Shown piece after piece: positions 46,449 through 56,621 of a stretch of DNA of 64,000 nt. Made by a program: the position numbers and the translations under genes. This stretch comes from an uncultured Muribaculaceae bacterium. GTDB lineage: Bacteria; Cyanobacteriota; Vampirovibrionia; Gastranaerophilales; Gastranaerophilaceae. Numbering within the stretch: position 1 is the stretch's first letter; every line of letters starts with the position of its first letter. The notes under the pieces were generated by a model. It was given only the letters and a program-made list of their open reading frames with translations. It was not told where the DNA came from and did no database searches. Where the stretch lies: assembly GCA_964461115.1 (NCBI GenBank), contig CAYWSX010000006.1, positions 60,892 to 124,891 of the forward strand. The letters are read 5' to 3'.

Positions 46449-47309
46449 TTAAGCCGTAAAGCTGTTAGTGACAGTGTACATATATTCCAAAAACTGTTTG
46501 TAATAAATAAGATGAGATTCCCCGTTTATAATAACGTCACATTCGTTTTTCTGAGGCTGAACGTATTTTTCTGACGCAATTTGAATGTATTCCCAATGTT
46601 TAAGGGCATTGTCATCATCTTGGTTTCTTTCGGCTGCGCGGTTGAGGAACCAGCGCTTTTGAAGTGCTTTATCAATGTCTACGAAAATTTTTATGTCAAA
46701 AACATCTTTGATATCTTTGTAAACCGATGCGATACCTTCAACAACAATAATTTTTTTGGATTTTTTTTCAATTGCATTCGGAAGACTTATTCCTGTTCCG
46801 TTTACGAGATATTGAGGTATTTTTATATCTTCACCGGATTTTAATTTAATTAAATCTTCTTTTAGTAAATTAAGCTGGAAACTTTCAGGTGAATCGACAT
46901 CATAGCCGTGGTCTCTCAATGCATCGAAACTGCCGTATTTTTTAATTAATTCTGAAATATCATTAAAATAATGGTCTGCGCTGACAATTTCTATAGGCAT
47001 GTTAAACTTTTCAATTGCGTTAATTATAGTATTGCAAATTGTGGTTTTACCGCTTGCGCTTTCTCCCGTGAGTGCAATCATAATCCGTTCGTTCGGATTG
47101 TCAATTAATCTGCGCGAAAATTTTGAAATGAAGTCAGGTTTAACTTCTTTAAAAATCGGAAGTTCACTTTTTCTGTCATGCGCAATGATTTTTTTAAGTT
47201 TAGATTGCAGATAAAATGCAAGAAACTCCCGTCCTGTCTTAGTTGAAAAGTCAGGTTTTTGAAATTTAAGGTTTTCGGCTTGTTGTTCTTTTTCAATCAA
47301 ACTAATCAT
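46449..47309 (-). CDS. Uridine kinase/phosphoribulokinase-family P-loop kinase with roughly 85-aa N-terminal extension
   Basis: Walker A LTGESASGKTT. DHYF and VVEGI motifs typical of the Udk/PRK family. Confidence 0.7.
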   Translation of the reverse strand: MISLIEKEQQAENLKFQKPDFSTKTGREFLAFYLQSKLKKIIAHDRKSELPIFKEVKPDFISKFSRRLIDNPNERIMIALTGESASGKTTICNTIINAIEKFNMPIEIVSADHYFNDISELIKKYGSFDALRDHGYDVDSPESFQLNLLKEDLIKLKSGEDIKIPQYLVNGTGISLPNAIEKKSKKIIVVEGIASVYKDIKDVFDIKIFVDIDKALQKRWFLNRAAERNQDDDNALKHWEYIQIASEKYVQPQKNECDVIINGESHLIYYKQFLEYMYTVTNSFTA

Positions 47310-47424
47310 ATGTTTCTCATAATACTGCTAAAGATTTTTATTTGCTATTCATGTATAAAAAGTGTTACAAAGTATTTCTTTTCACGCTATAATCTTAGTT
47401 ATAATTGACAGAAGAGGAATGAAA

Positions 47425-48654
47425 ATGATTATACCAAGTATTGATTTAATGAACGGAAAAGCCGTACAGCTTAAGCAAGGTAAGGAAAAAGTCCTTGAGC
47501 GTGAAGATGTTCTCGAATTGGCAAAATATTATGCAAGATTTGGCGAAGTTGCAGTTATTGACCTCGACGCCGCTATGGGAAAAGGCGATAACGAAGCGCT
47601 GATTGCAAAAATTTGCAAAATAGCGAAGTGCCGTGTGGGCGGAGGTATTCGGGATACTGATAAAGCGAAGAGGATTCTTGCTAACGGTGCGAAAAAAATT
47701 ATTATCGGAACAGCGGCAAATGAAGAATTCTTGTCCAAGCTGCCTTGTGACAAGGTGATTGTTGCCCTTGATGCAAAAAACGGGAAAGTAACAACTGAAG
47801 GCTGGACAAAAGAGCTTTCTGAGACGCCTGAAGATTTTGTAAAAAGATTTGATAACCTTTGTTCGGGTTATTTATATACAATAGTTGAAAAAGAAGGAAT
47901 GATGGGCGGAACAGACATTGACGCTATCGAGAAAATTCAAAAAATTACTAAAAAAGATATAACCGCGGCAGGCGGTATTTCAACGATTGATGAGATTGTG
48001 AAACTGAATCGAATGAACATCTCAACTCAGCTCGGTATGTGCATTTATACAGGCGCTGTGGATTTGGTTGAGGCTTTTTGTGCGGTTCTGGACTTTGATA
48101 AACAAGACGGCATGATTCCGACAATTGTGCAGGATTGTAAATCAAAACAGGTCTTAATGCTTGCTTATTCGAATGAAGAGGCGGTGAAAAAGACGCTCAA
48201 AGACGGATTAGGAACATATTACAGCCGTTCAAGAAACGAACTTTGGACAAAAGGTCTGACTTCAGGACACACGCAAGAGCTTGTTTCCGCGCGTTTTGAC
48301 TGTGATTTCGATACTTTGCTTTATACCGTCAATCAAAGCGGAAATGCTTGTCACTTAGATAGATTTTCTTGTTTTGAAAGTAAGGATTTTTGCTTGGATG
48401 ACTTGTATTCATTGCTTTTGGACAGAAAAGCAAAATTGCCTGAAAAATCTTTTACAACAAAGCTTTTCAAAGACAGAGCCTATTTAAATGCAAAAATTAT
48501 GGAAGAAGCCGGCGAAGTCATTGATTTTGAAAACGGTGAAGATGAATTGCAGTGGGAAGTTGCGGATTTAACGTACTTTGTTTTGACCTTAATGGCAGCG
48601 CAAAACATTACGCCTCAAGAAGTTTTAGCAAATCTTGCCTCAAGGACGAAATAA
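47425..48654 (+). CDS. hisA/hisIE: Trifunctional HisA-like isomerase / PR-AMP cyclohydrolase / PR-ATP pyrophosphatase fusion
   Basis: N-terminal IIPSIDLMNGKAVQL...IDLDAA...VGGGIR (HisA/F fold). Middle IPTIVQD...YYSRSR.ELW.KG..SGH (HisI). C-terminal LFKD....AKIMEEAGEV (HisE). AGAGGA RBS. Confidence 0.85.
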   Translation: MIIPSIDLMNGKAVQLKQGKEKVLEREDVLELAKYYARFGEVAVIDLDAAMGKGDNEALIAKICKIAKCRVGGGIRDTDKAKRILANGAKKIIIGTAANEEFLSKLPCDKVIVALDAKNGKVTTEGWTKELSETPEDFVKRFDNLCSGYLYTIVEKEGMMGGTDIDAIEKIQKITKKDITAAGGISTIDEIVKLNRMNISTQLGMCIYTGAVDLVEAFCAVLDFDKQDGMIPTIVQDCKSKQVLMLAYSNEEAVKKTLKDGLGTYYSRSRNELWTKGLTSGHTQELVSARFDCDFDTLLYTVNQSGNACHLDRFSCFESKDFCLDDLYSLLLDRKAKLPEKSFTTKLFKDRAYLNAKIMEEAGEVIDFENGEDELQWEVADLTYFVLTLMAAQNITPQEVLANLASRTK

Positions 48655-49892
48655 TGAAAATAATCGATTATAAAAATTTAACAAAAGATTTTTTCTCAAA
48701 AATCGAGTTTGAGACTCTCGAGAGTGTGGATAAAATTATTACTGCCGTAAAAAAAGACGGTGATATTGCAGTGAAAAAATATTCTGAGCAGTTCGGGGAT
48801 GGCAAACTCGAGAATTTTGAGGTTACGCAAAGTGAAATACAAAATGCATTAAATTCTGTAGATGAAAATATTTTAGAGGCGATAAAATATGCTGTTTCGA
48901 CTGTAAAAAAGTTCAGTGAAGAGCAGCTGGCATGCTTAAAAAATCTCGATACCGAAATTAACGGGGTTTCATTGGGACATAAGGTTATTCCGATTGAAAC
49001 TGCGGGATGTTATATCCCGGGCGGGAATTATCCGCTGCCAAGCAGTGCGATTATGAACATTGTTCCTGCCAAAGTTGCGGGTGTAAAAAAAGTTATCGCA
49101 GTTTCTCCGAAAATGCAGCCGGCAACTATCGCTGCGGCATATTTAGCGGGTGCGGATAAAATTTATAAAATAGGCGGTGTGCAAGCTGTTGCTGCCCTTG
49201 CATATGGCACCGAAAGTGTTGAAAAAGTCGATATAATAACAGGACCGGGAAATAAATTTGTAACTGCGGCAAAAAAAGCTGTGTATGGTGAATGCGGGAT
49301 TGATTTTCTTGCGGGTCCCAGCGAAGTTTTAATTGTGGCAGATGATAGTGCAAATCCTGATTTCGTCGCGGCTGATATGCTTGCTCAATGTGAGCATGAC
49401 AAAGATGCCAGAGCTTATTTAGTTACTTTTTCGAAAGATTTTGCTGAAGAGGTAAATGAGTCTGCATTAAAATTTCTTTCTACACTTCAAACAAAAGAAA
49501 TTGCAAAAACTGCTTTTGAAAAGTCTTTTGGGGTTATAGTCGACAATGAAATGCAGGCAATTGAACTTGCAAATAAAAAAGCACCTGAGCATTTGGAAAT
49601 ATGTCTTGAAGATTTATCGAATTTGGATGAGTTTACGAATTACGGTTCACTTTTTGTCGGAAACTATTCAGCAGAGGTTTTTGGGGACTATGTAAGCGGC
49701 ACAAATCACGTTTTGCCTACAAATCAGGTTGCAAAATATTCGGGCGGCTTGAGCGTGTTTAATTTTGTAAAAATTCAGACTTATCAAAACATGGATTCAA
49801 AAACTGCCTCTGATGCCGCAAAGTACGCGTCAAATATTGCTGAAGCGGAAGGGCTTTACGCTCATAAGCTTGCTTCGGATTTGAGAAAATAA
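48654..49892 (+). CDS. hisD: Histidinol dehydrogenase
   Basis: YIPGG.YPLPSS, AGPSE and QCEHD motifs. TAATG overlap with the upstream gene. The N-terminal 34 aa of the track ORF are rejected. Confidence 0.93.
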   Translation: MKIIDYKNLTKDFFSKIEFETLESVDKIITAVKKDGDIAVKKYSEQFGDGKLENFEVTQSEIQNALNSVDENILEAIKYAVSTVKKFSEEQLACLKNLDTEINGVSLGHKVIPIETAGCYIPGGNYPLPSSAIMNIVPAKVAGVKKVIAVSPKMQPATIAAAYLAGADKIYKIGGVQAVAALAYGTESVEKVDIITGPGNKFVTAAKKAVYGECGIDFLAGPSEVLIVADDSANPDFVAADMLAQCEHDKDARAYLVTFSKDFAEEVNESALKFLSTLQTKEIAKTAFEKSFGVIVDNEMQAIELANKKAPEHLEICLEDLSNLDEFTNYGSLFVGNYSAEVFGDYVSGTNHVLPTNQVAKYSGGLSVFNFVKIQTYQNMDSKTASDAAKYASNIAEAEGLYAHKLASDLRK

Positions 49893-49995
49893 TTTTATTG
49901 TAAATTTTTGTAAAAGAAAATTATATTAGTACTGCATATTCCGCAAATAATCATGTTTTTCAACCTTTTAAACAGTATACAAGAAGAGGACTATC

Positions 49996-52900
49996 ATGGG
50001 CTTTTTTGGCGTTTTAAATAACATAAGAGCAAACCGAGACAACTTTAAAAAGTGGGAAAAAGAGGAAGCGGACAATGACGCCCGCCGTCAGGAGCTTTAT
50101 AAAAACAATAAAATGACTGAAGAAGAGCTGGCTCAAAAAAAGAAGCTGGCTGAAACTATTATTGATACGATTTCAGTAATGGACCAAAAATCTGAGGATG
50201 TTGCTGAAGATGTGGAAACGGTAACGCAGCCGATAGTGTCTATGTCCATGACGCTAAGCGGGCTTGCTGCATTTTTACTTGGTTCTGCCTACGGAAAGAA
50301 AAAGTTTAGAGAACGAGGAGCAAAGCTTGATGTAATAAGAAAGCAAATAAACCAAGAACAGCTGGAGCAGATTAGAGAGCTCAATATTTCCGAGGGTAAA
50401 AATAAAAGGTTTAATACTAATGAAGTTTTTTCTCCTAAGAAAAATAAAAAGAGCATACAAATACCAAAAGAGCTTGAATCACTGGTTGCAAAGATTAGAC
50501 GAGAATATGCCGCTGTTACAAAATCATATAAGAAATATGTTGTCGGAATTCCTGTGGGCATTGTTGCTACTGCAATAGGCGGCTTTGTCGCGTCTGTTCT
50601 TTACACCACGAAATTGCAGGTAGGAAGCTCTCGTATAGCGCGTTTTCAAGCAAGAGAAGACCTTGAAAATCCAAAAAACTTTGTTATGTATACAGATGAG
50701 CAAATTGAGCATGCAAAAAAAGAAATCCAAAACAAACCTGAAAAGAAAAAAGGCTTTTGGGCAAAATTAACCAATAAGGAAGATGGTGAAAAAACAGGTT
50801 TAATCTCTTCTGTGGGGAATTTGAAAGACCTTGCGGTTAATAAGAGCCGATATGACAAATGGAAAGCTAAAAATGACAAGCGGGACCCTCGTATCAAGCG
50901 CACATTGACTCCTGAAGAACTTCAAGAGGCTAAAAATGACAAGGTTGTAATACAACGTTTAACAAAAAAAGTAAACAACAAAGCTGAAGAATACTCTGAG
51001 AATATGGAAACAGCCGCGACTGTTATTATAGGCAGTTCTTTGCTTGGAGGGCCTATTTTAGGGGGAAGTGTCGGCTGGATTTTGAATAAATTAGGCTTGG
51101 GTGATAAACTTGCAAGAAAAGTGATAGCTAAGTATGCAGATGAGGATACAGCAAAAATATATGATGAAATACTAAAATTAGACCCGAAAGTTGAAGCGAA
51201 TAAATTCAAGATAAAAGAATTAAAATCTGAGTTAAGGCAGGCTATAGAAATGTCGGGTGAAGGCCCTGAAGATAAAGTAAGACGATTTACCGGAATTATT
51301 GATGATGCACAAGCGGAACTCAAACTTGCAAAAGAAAATAACAATTCGGAAAGAGTTAAAGAGCTTACTCAAAAAATAGACCGAAAATTAGCTGCTTTGA
51401 ATAACATTAATCCTATTGCTATGCCGGATAAAGAAATCAAGGAACTTAGAAGATTTCAAAAAGGTTCGGTTAAATCAGAAATGATCGATGGCGTTAAGAA
51501 ATTTGCAGCGCATGTTTCTTCGACTAAATTAGGCAGAAGTATGGCTATAGCCGGAATAACAGGCATGTTAACTACGGTGATAGGTGCCTATATTGCATTA
51601 AAGCTGCAAAAACAAGCGGGGCGTGCAGGAAGATTCGCAGCAAAACAAGATTTTAAGGAAAATCCGCAGGAATTTATAAATTATTCAGAAGAAGAATTAA
51701 ATTCCGTAAAACATATAACGGCGCCTGAAAAGACTCGCACTCAGAGGTTTAAAGAATACATGTCTTTCCTTCCTCGCGTATTCAAGCAGTATAGGGAGTA
51801 TCGCGCATATAAAAAAGGTGAATTTAAGCAAGAAAAAGCGTTGCGTGAAGAACTCATAAATCTTGAAGTGACGCCTGAACAGCTTCGCGAAGGCAAAAAT
51901 CTTCAAAGAAAATTATTTAATACTTTCGAAAAAATAGATGACAAATCGCAGGAATACTCTGAAAATATGGAAGCCGCAACAGATATTTCGCAGCAATTGT
52001 TGTGGATGGGTAATTATGCTGCTATTATGGCGCCGATTATAGGTACGTCATTAGCTGTTGCATCAGGTAAAATTACAGGTCCGCAGCTTGGAATCAGAGT
52101 AGCAGACTTTTTATCAAGATTCTCGTTCATTGCTAAGTCCAAATTTTTCCAAAAATACGTGACTCAAGTATCTGAAAAAATAGAAGAAACCGTGCAGAGC
52201 CAAGTTATACGAAATTATGGAAATAATGAAGAAAGTCACTTGGCACAAACGCTAAAAGATATGACAGGCGGCGAAAAAGGTAAAAAATTACAATCGTTTG
52301 TAAATCATGCGAGCGAGCCTCTTTTGGTTATGCTTCAAGAAGGTATAAATAAACATCTGCCAAAGCTCCGAGGTGCTATTGAAAAAGCCGATAAAAAATC
52401 ATTAGAATCTCTGATTAAAAAGCTACAAGCTTTACCGGAAGTTGATTCGAAAACAATAACGGAGGCATTAAAAGGAAAAACTTTGGCTGATTTGAGTGAT
52501 TCTAAACTGATTGGTGATCTTTTAAATAGCGTTGGGCTGAAGGGTAAGTTTACTGAAGCTGAAATTAAAGTCTATACAGATGTAGTAAGTAAGGCAAAGG
52601 CTCTTATTCCTAAAGAAGTAGAAAGTTTATTAGCTTCGCCGATTCCACTGTCGAAATCAACAATAGAAACTTTAAACAAGGCTGTTGGAGGCTTTAAAAC
52701 GTCTGAAGTGGAAAAAATTTCCTCTGAGCTGGAAGTATTCTTGTCACATCAAAAAGATGCAGTTCAACTTATGAAAACTTTGGAAAGAGTGAACAAGAAT
52801 ATCCCTGTTGGGGTAATTAACGACGCGGTTAAGAAAATACTTGACATTGCAATCAAAGAACCTCAAAAATTCGCCAAAATGCTTGAAAATCCTCAAGAAT

Positions 52901-53193
52901 TTAAAAATATATTAATGACTAAAAATCTTTCTATGCTCCTTTTAGCGAGCGGCATTTCTTGGGGTGTCTTTACAACGGCAGTTACGTTTGCTATTCAGTC
53001 TTACTTCGCAAAATTGCAGATTGAAGCTGGCAGATTGGGCGTAATGAAGGCTATGGACGAACTCAGTGACCCGACTATTTACGCAGATGAAACCCCTAAA
53101 GAAATTCAAGCCGGCGGTGAGTCTCGTTATATTCCATCGGCTCAGCCTAATGCCTCAATAGCAGGAAATATTCAAAACTTGTTGAAAAAATAA
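49996..53193 (+). CDS. Large (1065 aa) hypothetical membrane protein built from three internal repeat modules
   Basis: Three copies of [..EELxxxK...(E)YSENME(T/A)A + TM ... TM + KLQ...GR..RF.A..D..NP..F..Y]. About six predicted TM helices, with coiled-coil-like spacers. Confidence 0.75.
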   Translation: MGFFGVLNNIRANRDNFKKWEKEEADNDARRQELYKNNKMTEEELAQKKKLAETIIDTISVMDQKSEDVAEDVETVTQPIVSMSMTLSGLAAFLLGSAYGKKKFRERGAKLDVIRKQINQEQLEQIRELNISEGKNKRFNTNEVFSPKKNKKSIQIPKELESLVAKIRREYAAVTKSYKKYVVGIPVGIVATAIGGFVASVLYTTKLQVGSSRIARFQAREDLENPKNFVMYTDEQIEHAKKEIQNKPEKKKGFWAKLTNKEDGEKTGLISSVGNLKDLAVNKSRYDKWKAKNDKRDPRIKRTLTPEELQEAKNDKVVIQRLTKKVNNKAEEYSENMETAATVIIGSSLLGGPILGGSVGWILNKLGLGDKLARKVIAKYADEDTAKIYDEILKLDPKVEANKFKIKELKSELRQAIEMSGEGPEDKVRRFTGIIDDAQAELKLAKENNNSERVKELTQKIDRKLAALNNINPIAMPDKEIKELRRFQKGSVKSEMIDGVKKFAAHVSSTKLGRSMAIAGITGMLTTVIGAYIALKLQKQAGRAGRFAAKQDFKENPQEFINYSEEELNSVKHITAPEKTRTQRFKEYMSFLPRVFKQYREYRAYKKGEFKQEKALREELINLEVTPEQLREGKNLQRKLFNTFEKIDDKSQEYSENMEAATDISQQLLWMGNYAAIMAPIIGTSLAVASGKITGPQLGIRVADFLSRFSFIAKSKFFQKYVTQVSEKIEETVQSQVIRNYGNNEESHLAQTLKDMTGGEKGKKLQSFVNHASEPLLVMLQEGINKHLPKLRGAIEKADKKSLESLIKKLQALPEVDSKTITEALKGKTLADLSDSKLIGDLLNSVGLKGKFTEAEIKVYTDVVSKAKALIPKEVESLLASPIPLSKSTIETLNKAVGGFKTSEVEKISSELEVFLSHQKDAVQLMKTLERVNKNIPVGVINDAVKKILDIAIKEPQKFAKMLENPQEFKNILMTKNLSMLLLASGISWGVFTTAVTFAIQSYFAKLQIEAGRLGVMKAMDELSDPTIYADETPKEIQAGGESRYIPSAQPNASIAGNIQNLLKK

Positions 53194-53907
53194 TTAAGAA
53201 CAAAGTTTGCATTCAGGATTTTTTGCAATGTTTATTGTTTTAAATTCGTTTGTTAAAAAATTCACCGTCAAAAGTTTGTTTTCAAGAGAAGTGCCGATTT
53301 GAAGTAAATATTTTACCGCCTCAAGCGTCTGAATCGACGCAATTGCTGAAACGACAGGGCTTATAACACCTTTAGGGACATAATTTTCTGTATCAGTGTT
53401 GTTTAAAATGCATTCAAGGCAGGCTGTTTTTGGGGGAATAATTGTTGTTACCTGACCGTAGAATTCTGTCACACCTGCATGTATCAACGGCAGGTTTTCA
53501 AGTACTGCAATTTCATTTAACAAAAATTTTGATTCATAAGAATCGAAGCAATCCAAAATCAGATTATAGCCTGAAATTATCTCTTGATAGTTATTTTTGT
53601 CTAAATTAAGTTCAAATTTTTCAATTTTTGTTGAGGGATTAAACTCCGCTACCCACTCAGAGGCTGAATCGGCTTTGCTTTTGCCTGTATTTTTGTTTTT
53701 GTGGATATATTGGCGGTTTAGGTTGCTTTCTTCAACGACATCTTTGTCCAAAATGCCTATTTTGCCTATTCCTAACGCTGCCAGGTTTGCAATAACAGTA
53801 GAACCCAGCCCTCCGGCTCCGCAAACCAAAATACTTGCGCTAAAAAGCTTTTTCTGGCCTTCTTCGCCAATTTCTTTTACAAGAATGTTTCTGCTGTATC
53901 TTTCCAA
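53194..53907 (-). CDS. ThiF/MoeB/HesA-family E1-like adenylyltransferase
   Basis: GAGGLGS nucleotide-binding loop and two CxxC pairs (CLEC..., CKLC). Confidence 0.85.
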   Translation of the reverse strand: MERYSRNILVKEIGEEGQKKLFSASILVCGAGGLGSTVIANLAALGIGKIGILDKDVVEESNLNRQYIHKNKNTGKSKADSASEWVAEFNPSTKIEKFELNLDKNNYQEIISGYNLILDCFDSYESKFLLNEIAVLENLPLIHAGVTEFYGQVTTIIPPKTACLECILNNTDTENYVPKGVISPVVSAIASIQTLEAVKYLLQIGTSLENKLLTVNFLTNEFKTINIAKNPECKLCS

Positions 53908-53929
53908 AATTTAACTTTCTACAAAATTA

Positions 53930-54946
53930 TCAAAAGGTTTTTATGAGTTTAATTATAGAATAAATTGCCGTTGAAACCAATATGCAGGCAGGAATTGTTA
54001 AAACCCAAGCCGTAACAATGTTTCCGACTACTCTCCATTTGACACTTCCGGCGTTAATTGTGGAACCGACGCCCATTATTGCAGTCGAAATAACGTGAGT
54101 TGTACTCAAAGGGATACCGAAGTGAGAAGCCGTCAAGATAAGTGTTGCTGCTGATGATTCCGCAGCAAAAGCGTTGATTGGCTTAAGTCTTATAATTTTA
54201 TGCCCCATTGTGCGAATAATTTTCCAGCCGCCCGACATGGTTCCTGCTGCAAGCATAATTGCGCAGATTAAAATTACATAAACAGGGATATCAAATCCGC
54301 CGTCGGGATTTTTGCTTAAAACTCCACCTGCCAAGAGTGACAAAGTGATAATCCCCATTGTTTTTTGCGCGTCGTTTGAGCCATGGCTCAATGCTATTAA
54401 GCCCGCTGAGAAAAATTGGAGTTTTCTGAATCTTTTGTTAACGACTTGAGGATTGGAAAAGTAAAAAATTCTTAGAAGTGTCAGCATAAGTAAGAAACCT
54501 GTGCAAAATCCCAGCATAGGAGAGGCAAACATAGGGATGATTACTTTTTCGACTAAACTTACAACATGTACACAGCCGAAACCCGCTTTTGCCACAGCAG
54601 CACCGATTAGCCCGCCGATAAGCGCATGAGAGGAGCTTGAAGGCAGCCCCAGCCACCAGGTAAGCAAATTCCATATGATTGCGGCTAGAAGTGCGCTTAA
54701 AACAACCGTAAGCGTAATCATATCGGCATTAACTATACCTGAGCCGATTGTTTTTGCGACGTGTGTTCCTGTTAATGCCCCAATAAATTCCAGCACCGCC
54801 CCGAAAAGGACAGCTTGCTTTGGTGAAAGTACTTTTGTTGAAACTACTGTTGCGACAGCGTTTGCGCAGTCATGAAATCCGTTAATATATTCGAACGCCA
54901 GAGCCGTTATAACTACGGCTATTAATAATAAAATTGTTATTGTCAT
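53930..54946 (-). CDS. pit: PiT-family inorganic phosphate transporter
   Basis: NGFHDCANAVATVVST and GSNDAQKTMGII PHO4 motifs. Confidence 0.92.
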   Translation of the reverse strand: MTITILLLIAVVITALAFEYINGFHDCANAVATVVSTKVLSPKQAVLFGAVLEFIGALTGTHVAKTIGSGIVNADMITLTVVLSALLAAIIWNLLTWWLGLPSSSSHALIGGLIGAAVAKAGFGCVHVVSLVEKVIIPMFASPMLGFCTGFLLMLTLLRIFYFSNPQVVNKRFRKLQFFSAGLIALSHGSNDAQKTMGIITLSLLAGGVLSKNPDGGFDIPVYVILICAIMLAAGTMSGGWKIIRTMGHKIIRLKPINAFAAESSAATLILTASHFGIPLSTTHVISTAIMGVGSTINAGSVKWRVVGNIVTAWVLTIPACILVSTAIYSIIKLIKTF

Positions 54947-54965
54947 TTTCCACTCACTTCAACAT

Positions 54966-55607
54966 TTAGCTTTGCTTAAGAACAATGTTCAAAATCGCGT
55001 CAGATACCGCATAGCAGGAATCTAATGCGTTTTCTATTTCTTTATAAATGTCGCGGTATTTGATTACATCGATTGCATCATACTGCCCAGAGAACAAGTC
55101 GTCGATTGCTTTATGTAGGATTTCATCCCCATGAGATTCGATTTCTTTCATGACAATATTTGCTTTTGTAATTACGTTGAGGTCACTGACTTTTTTGAAT
55201 TTGGAGATAATGTCTTTTAATTCGGAAGTCGCGTTAACCAAGGTTTTTGCTTGTTCGCAGATTTCGTTAGTATATGTAGTGATTCTGTATACTTTAAGAT
55301 TTACGCAAGCTTTTGTAATTTTTTTATTAATTCTGTGCAAAAGAGCCGCGATATGCTGGATATCTTCTCTTTCGATAGGGGTGATAAAGCTTTTATTTAA
55401 CTGTTTCAATGTTAATTTAAAAGAGCGATTTCCCTTCTTCTTTAGTTTTAGAGCTTTTTCGACATGTTCTTCTGTAAGTGCAGTGTGCATAATTTCTTCG
55501 TATAAAGTTGCGGATTGGCTGCAAACCTCGGCGCTGTTTTGGAAAAGCTCGAAAAACATTTTGTCTTCAGGCGGCATTATGTATGATAATAAATTAAATT
55601 TTGGCAT
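54966..55607 (-). CDS. DUF47 (PhoU-like) phosphate-transport-associated protein
   Basis: Typical partner of pit. Start set at MPKFNLL with an AAGGAG RBS (55614-55619). Confidence 0.8.
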   Translation of the reverse strand: MPKFNLLSYIMPPEDKMFFELFQNSAEVCSQSATLYEEIMHTALTEEHVEKALKLKKKGNRSFKLTLKQLNKSFITPIEREDIQHIAALLHRINKKITKACVNLKVYRITTYTNEICEQAKTLVNATSELKDIISKFKKVSDLNVITKANIVMKEIESHGDEILHKAIDDLFSGQYDAIDVIKYRDIYKEIENALDSCYAVSDAILNIVLKQS

Positions 55608-55735
55608 ATTTTTCTCCTTTATCTCAAATATACCGTAAAAGAAAAACATAGCAATATTTTTTTAATAAAACTTTAAGGGAATGTTTTTTAATTTATTTTA
55701 GTAAAAAATATATATGATAAAAAGGGAGAAAAACT

Positions 55736-56050
55736 ATGTATAATTGTGTATTTACGCCGATAGATAAAATAGAGTACAAAAAATACGGTATTGCAGTGAA
55801 CAAACTTATTGAAGACGGATTGAATTCCCTAACATTAATGGCATTTGATAAAAATCAAGAAATTCCCACTCATACCGCACCTGTTGAGGTCTGTGTCATG
55901 GTGCTTGAAGGAGTTGTCGAATTTACTTTAAATAACGATGACAAGGAAAAGCTTGAGCTTCAAAAAGGAAGCATGTTTATTATGAAGCGTGAAACGCCGC
56001 ATTCGGTTTTTGCTAAAACTATGGCAAAGATGATGCTGATAAAGCTGTGA
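55736..56050 (+). CDS. Cupin-domain protein
   Basis: 104 aa. HTAPVEVCVMVLEGVVEF...PHSV cupin-like pattern. Confidence 0.6.
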   Translation: MYNCVFTPIDKIEYKKYGIAVNKLIEDGLNSLTLMAFDKNQEIPTHTAPVEVCVMVLEGVVEFTLNNDDKEKLELQKGSMFIMKRETPHSVFAKTMAKMMLIKL

Positions 56051-56621
56051 TTTTATCGTATTCTTTTTTAATCTCTTGAATATCCTGCCACATAAGCCAT
56101 TTTGGGCTGCCTTTTTCACGGGAATCGTTTCTTAAAAGATATGACGGATGAAAAATCGGCATCATTTTTTCGCCGTTCGGACCGTCAAACCATTGTCCTC
56201 GAATTCTTGTTATTCCAAGAGTGGTACTCATCATAGACTGTACAGCAACTCGTCCGCAAAGCAGAATAATTTTCGGCTTTAAAATTTTAAGCTGCGCGTC
56301 AAGATATTCGCGGCATGCTTCTTTTTCTTCCGGGAGCGGATCACGGTTGTCAGGTGGGCGGCATTTAAGAGTGTTGCAGATGTAAATATCTTTTTTCCGA
56401 GAAAGTCCTACTGACGTAAAAATTTTGTCCAAAAGCTGCCCTGCTTTACCCACAAACGGCTCGCCTTTTTGATCCTCCCAATATCCCGGTGCTTCACCGA
56501 TAAGAACCATATTATGGTTTGGCATGCCTGAAGAAAATACGAGATTTGTACGTGTTTTTCCGAGAGAACATTTTTGACAATCCTTGCATTTTGCTTCTAT
56601 TTCTCTTAATTCAGCTTCCAT
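56019..56621 (-). CDS. udg: Family 4 uracil-DNA glycosylase (Fe-S type)
   Basis: CxxCxxC...GEAPG...EPFVGKAGQLLD and HPS motif. Confidence 0.9.
   Translation of the reverse strand: MEAELREIEAKCKDCQKCSLGKTRTNLVFSSGMPNHNMVLIGEAPGYWEDQKGEPFVGKAGQLLDKIFTSVGLSRKKDIYICNTLKCRPPDNRDPLPEEKEACREYLDAQLKILKPKIILLCGRVAVQSMMSTTLGITRIRGQWFDGPNGEKMMPIFHPSYLLRNDSREKGSPKWLMWQDIQEIKKEYDKITALSASSLP

Noticed and set aside
48552-48653. N-terminal extension of hisD in the ORF track, and 47362-47424 for the hisA-like gene
   Set aside because: These lie inside, or overlap, the preceding gene or promoter. Canonical N-termini begin at the RBS-preceded or overlapping (TAATG) ATGs.
56019-56050. 32-nt convergent overlap of the cupin and UDG genes
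   Set aside because: It probably just reflects tight packing or slightly long 3' ends. No evidence of function.
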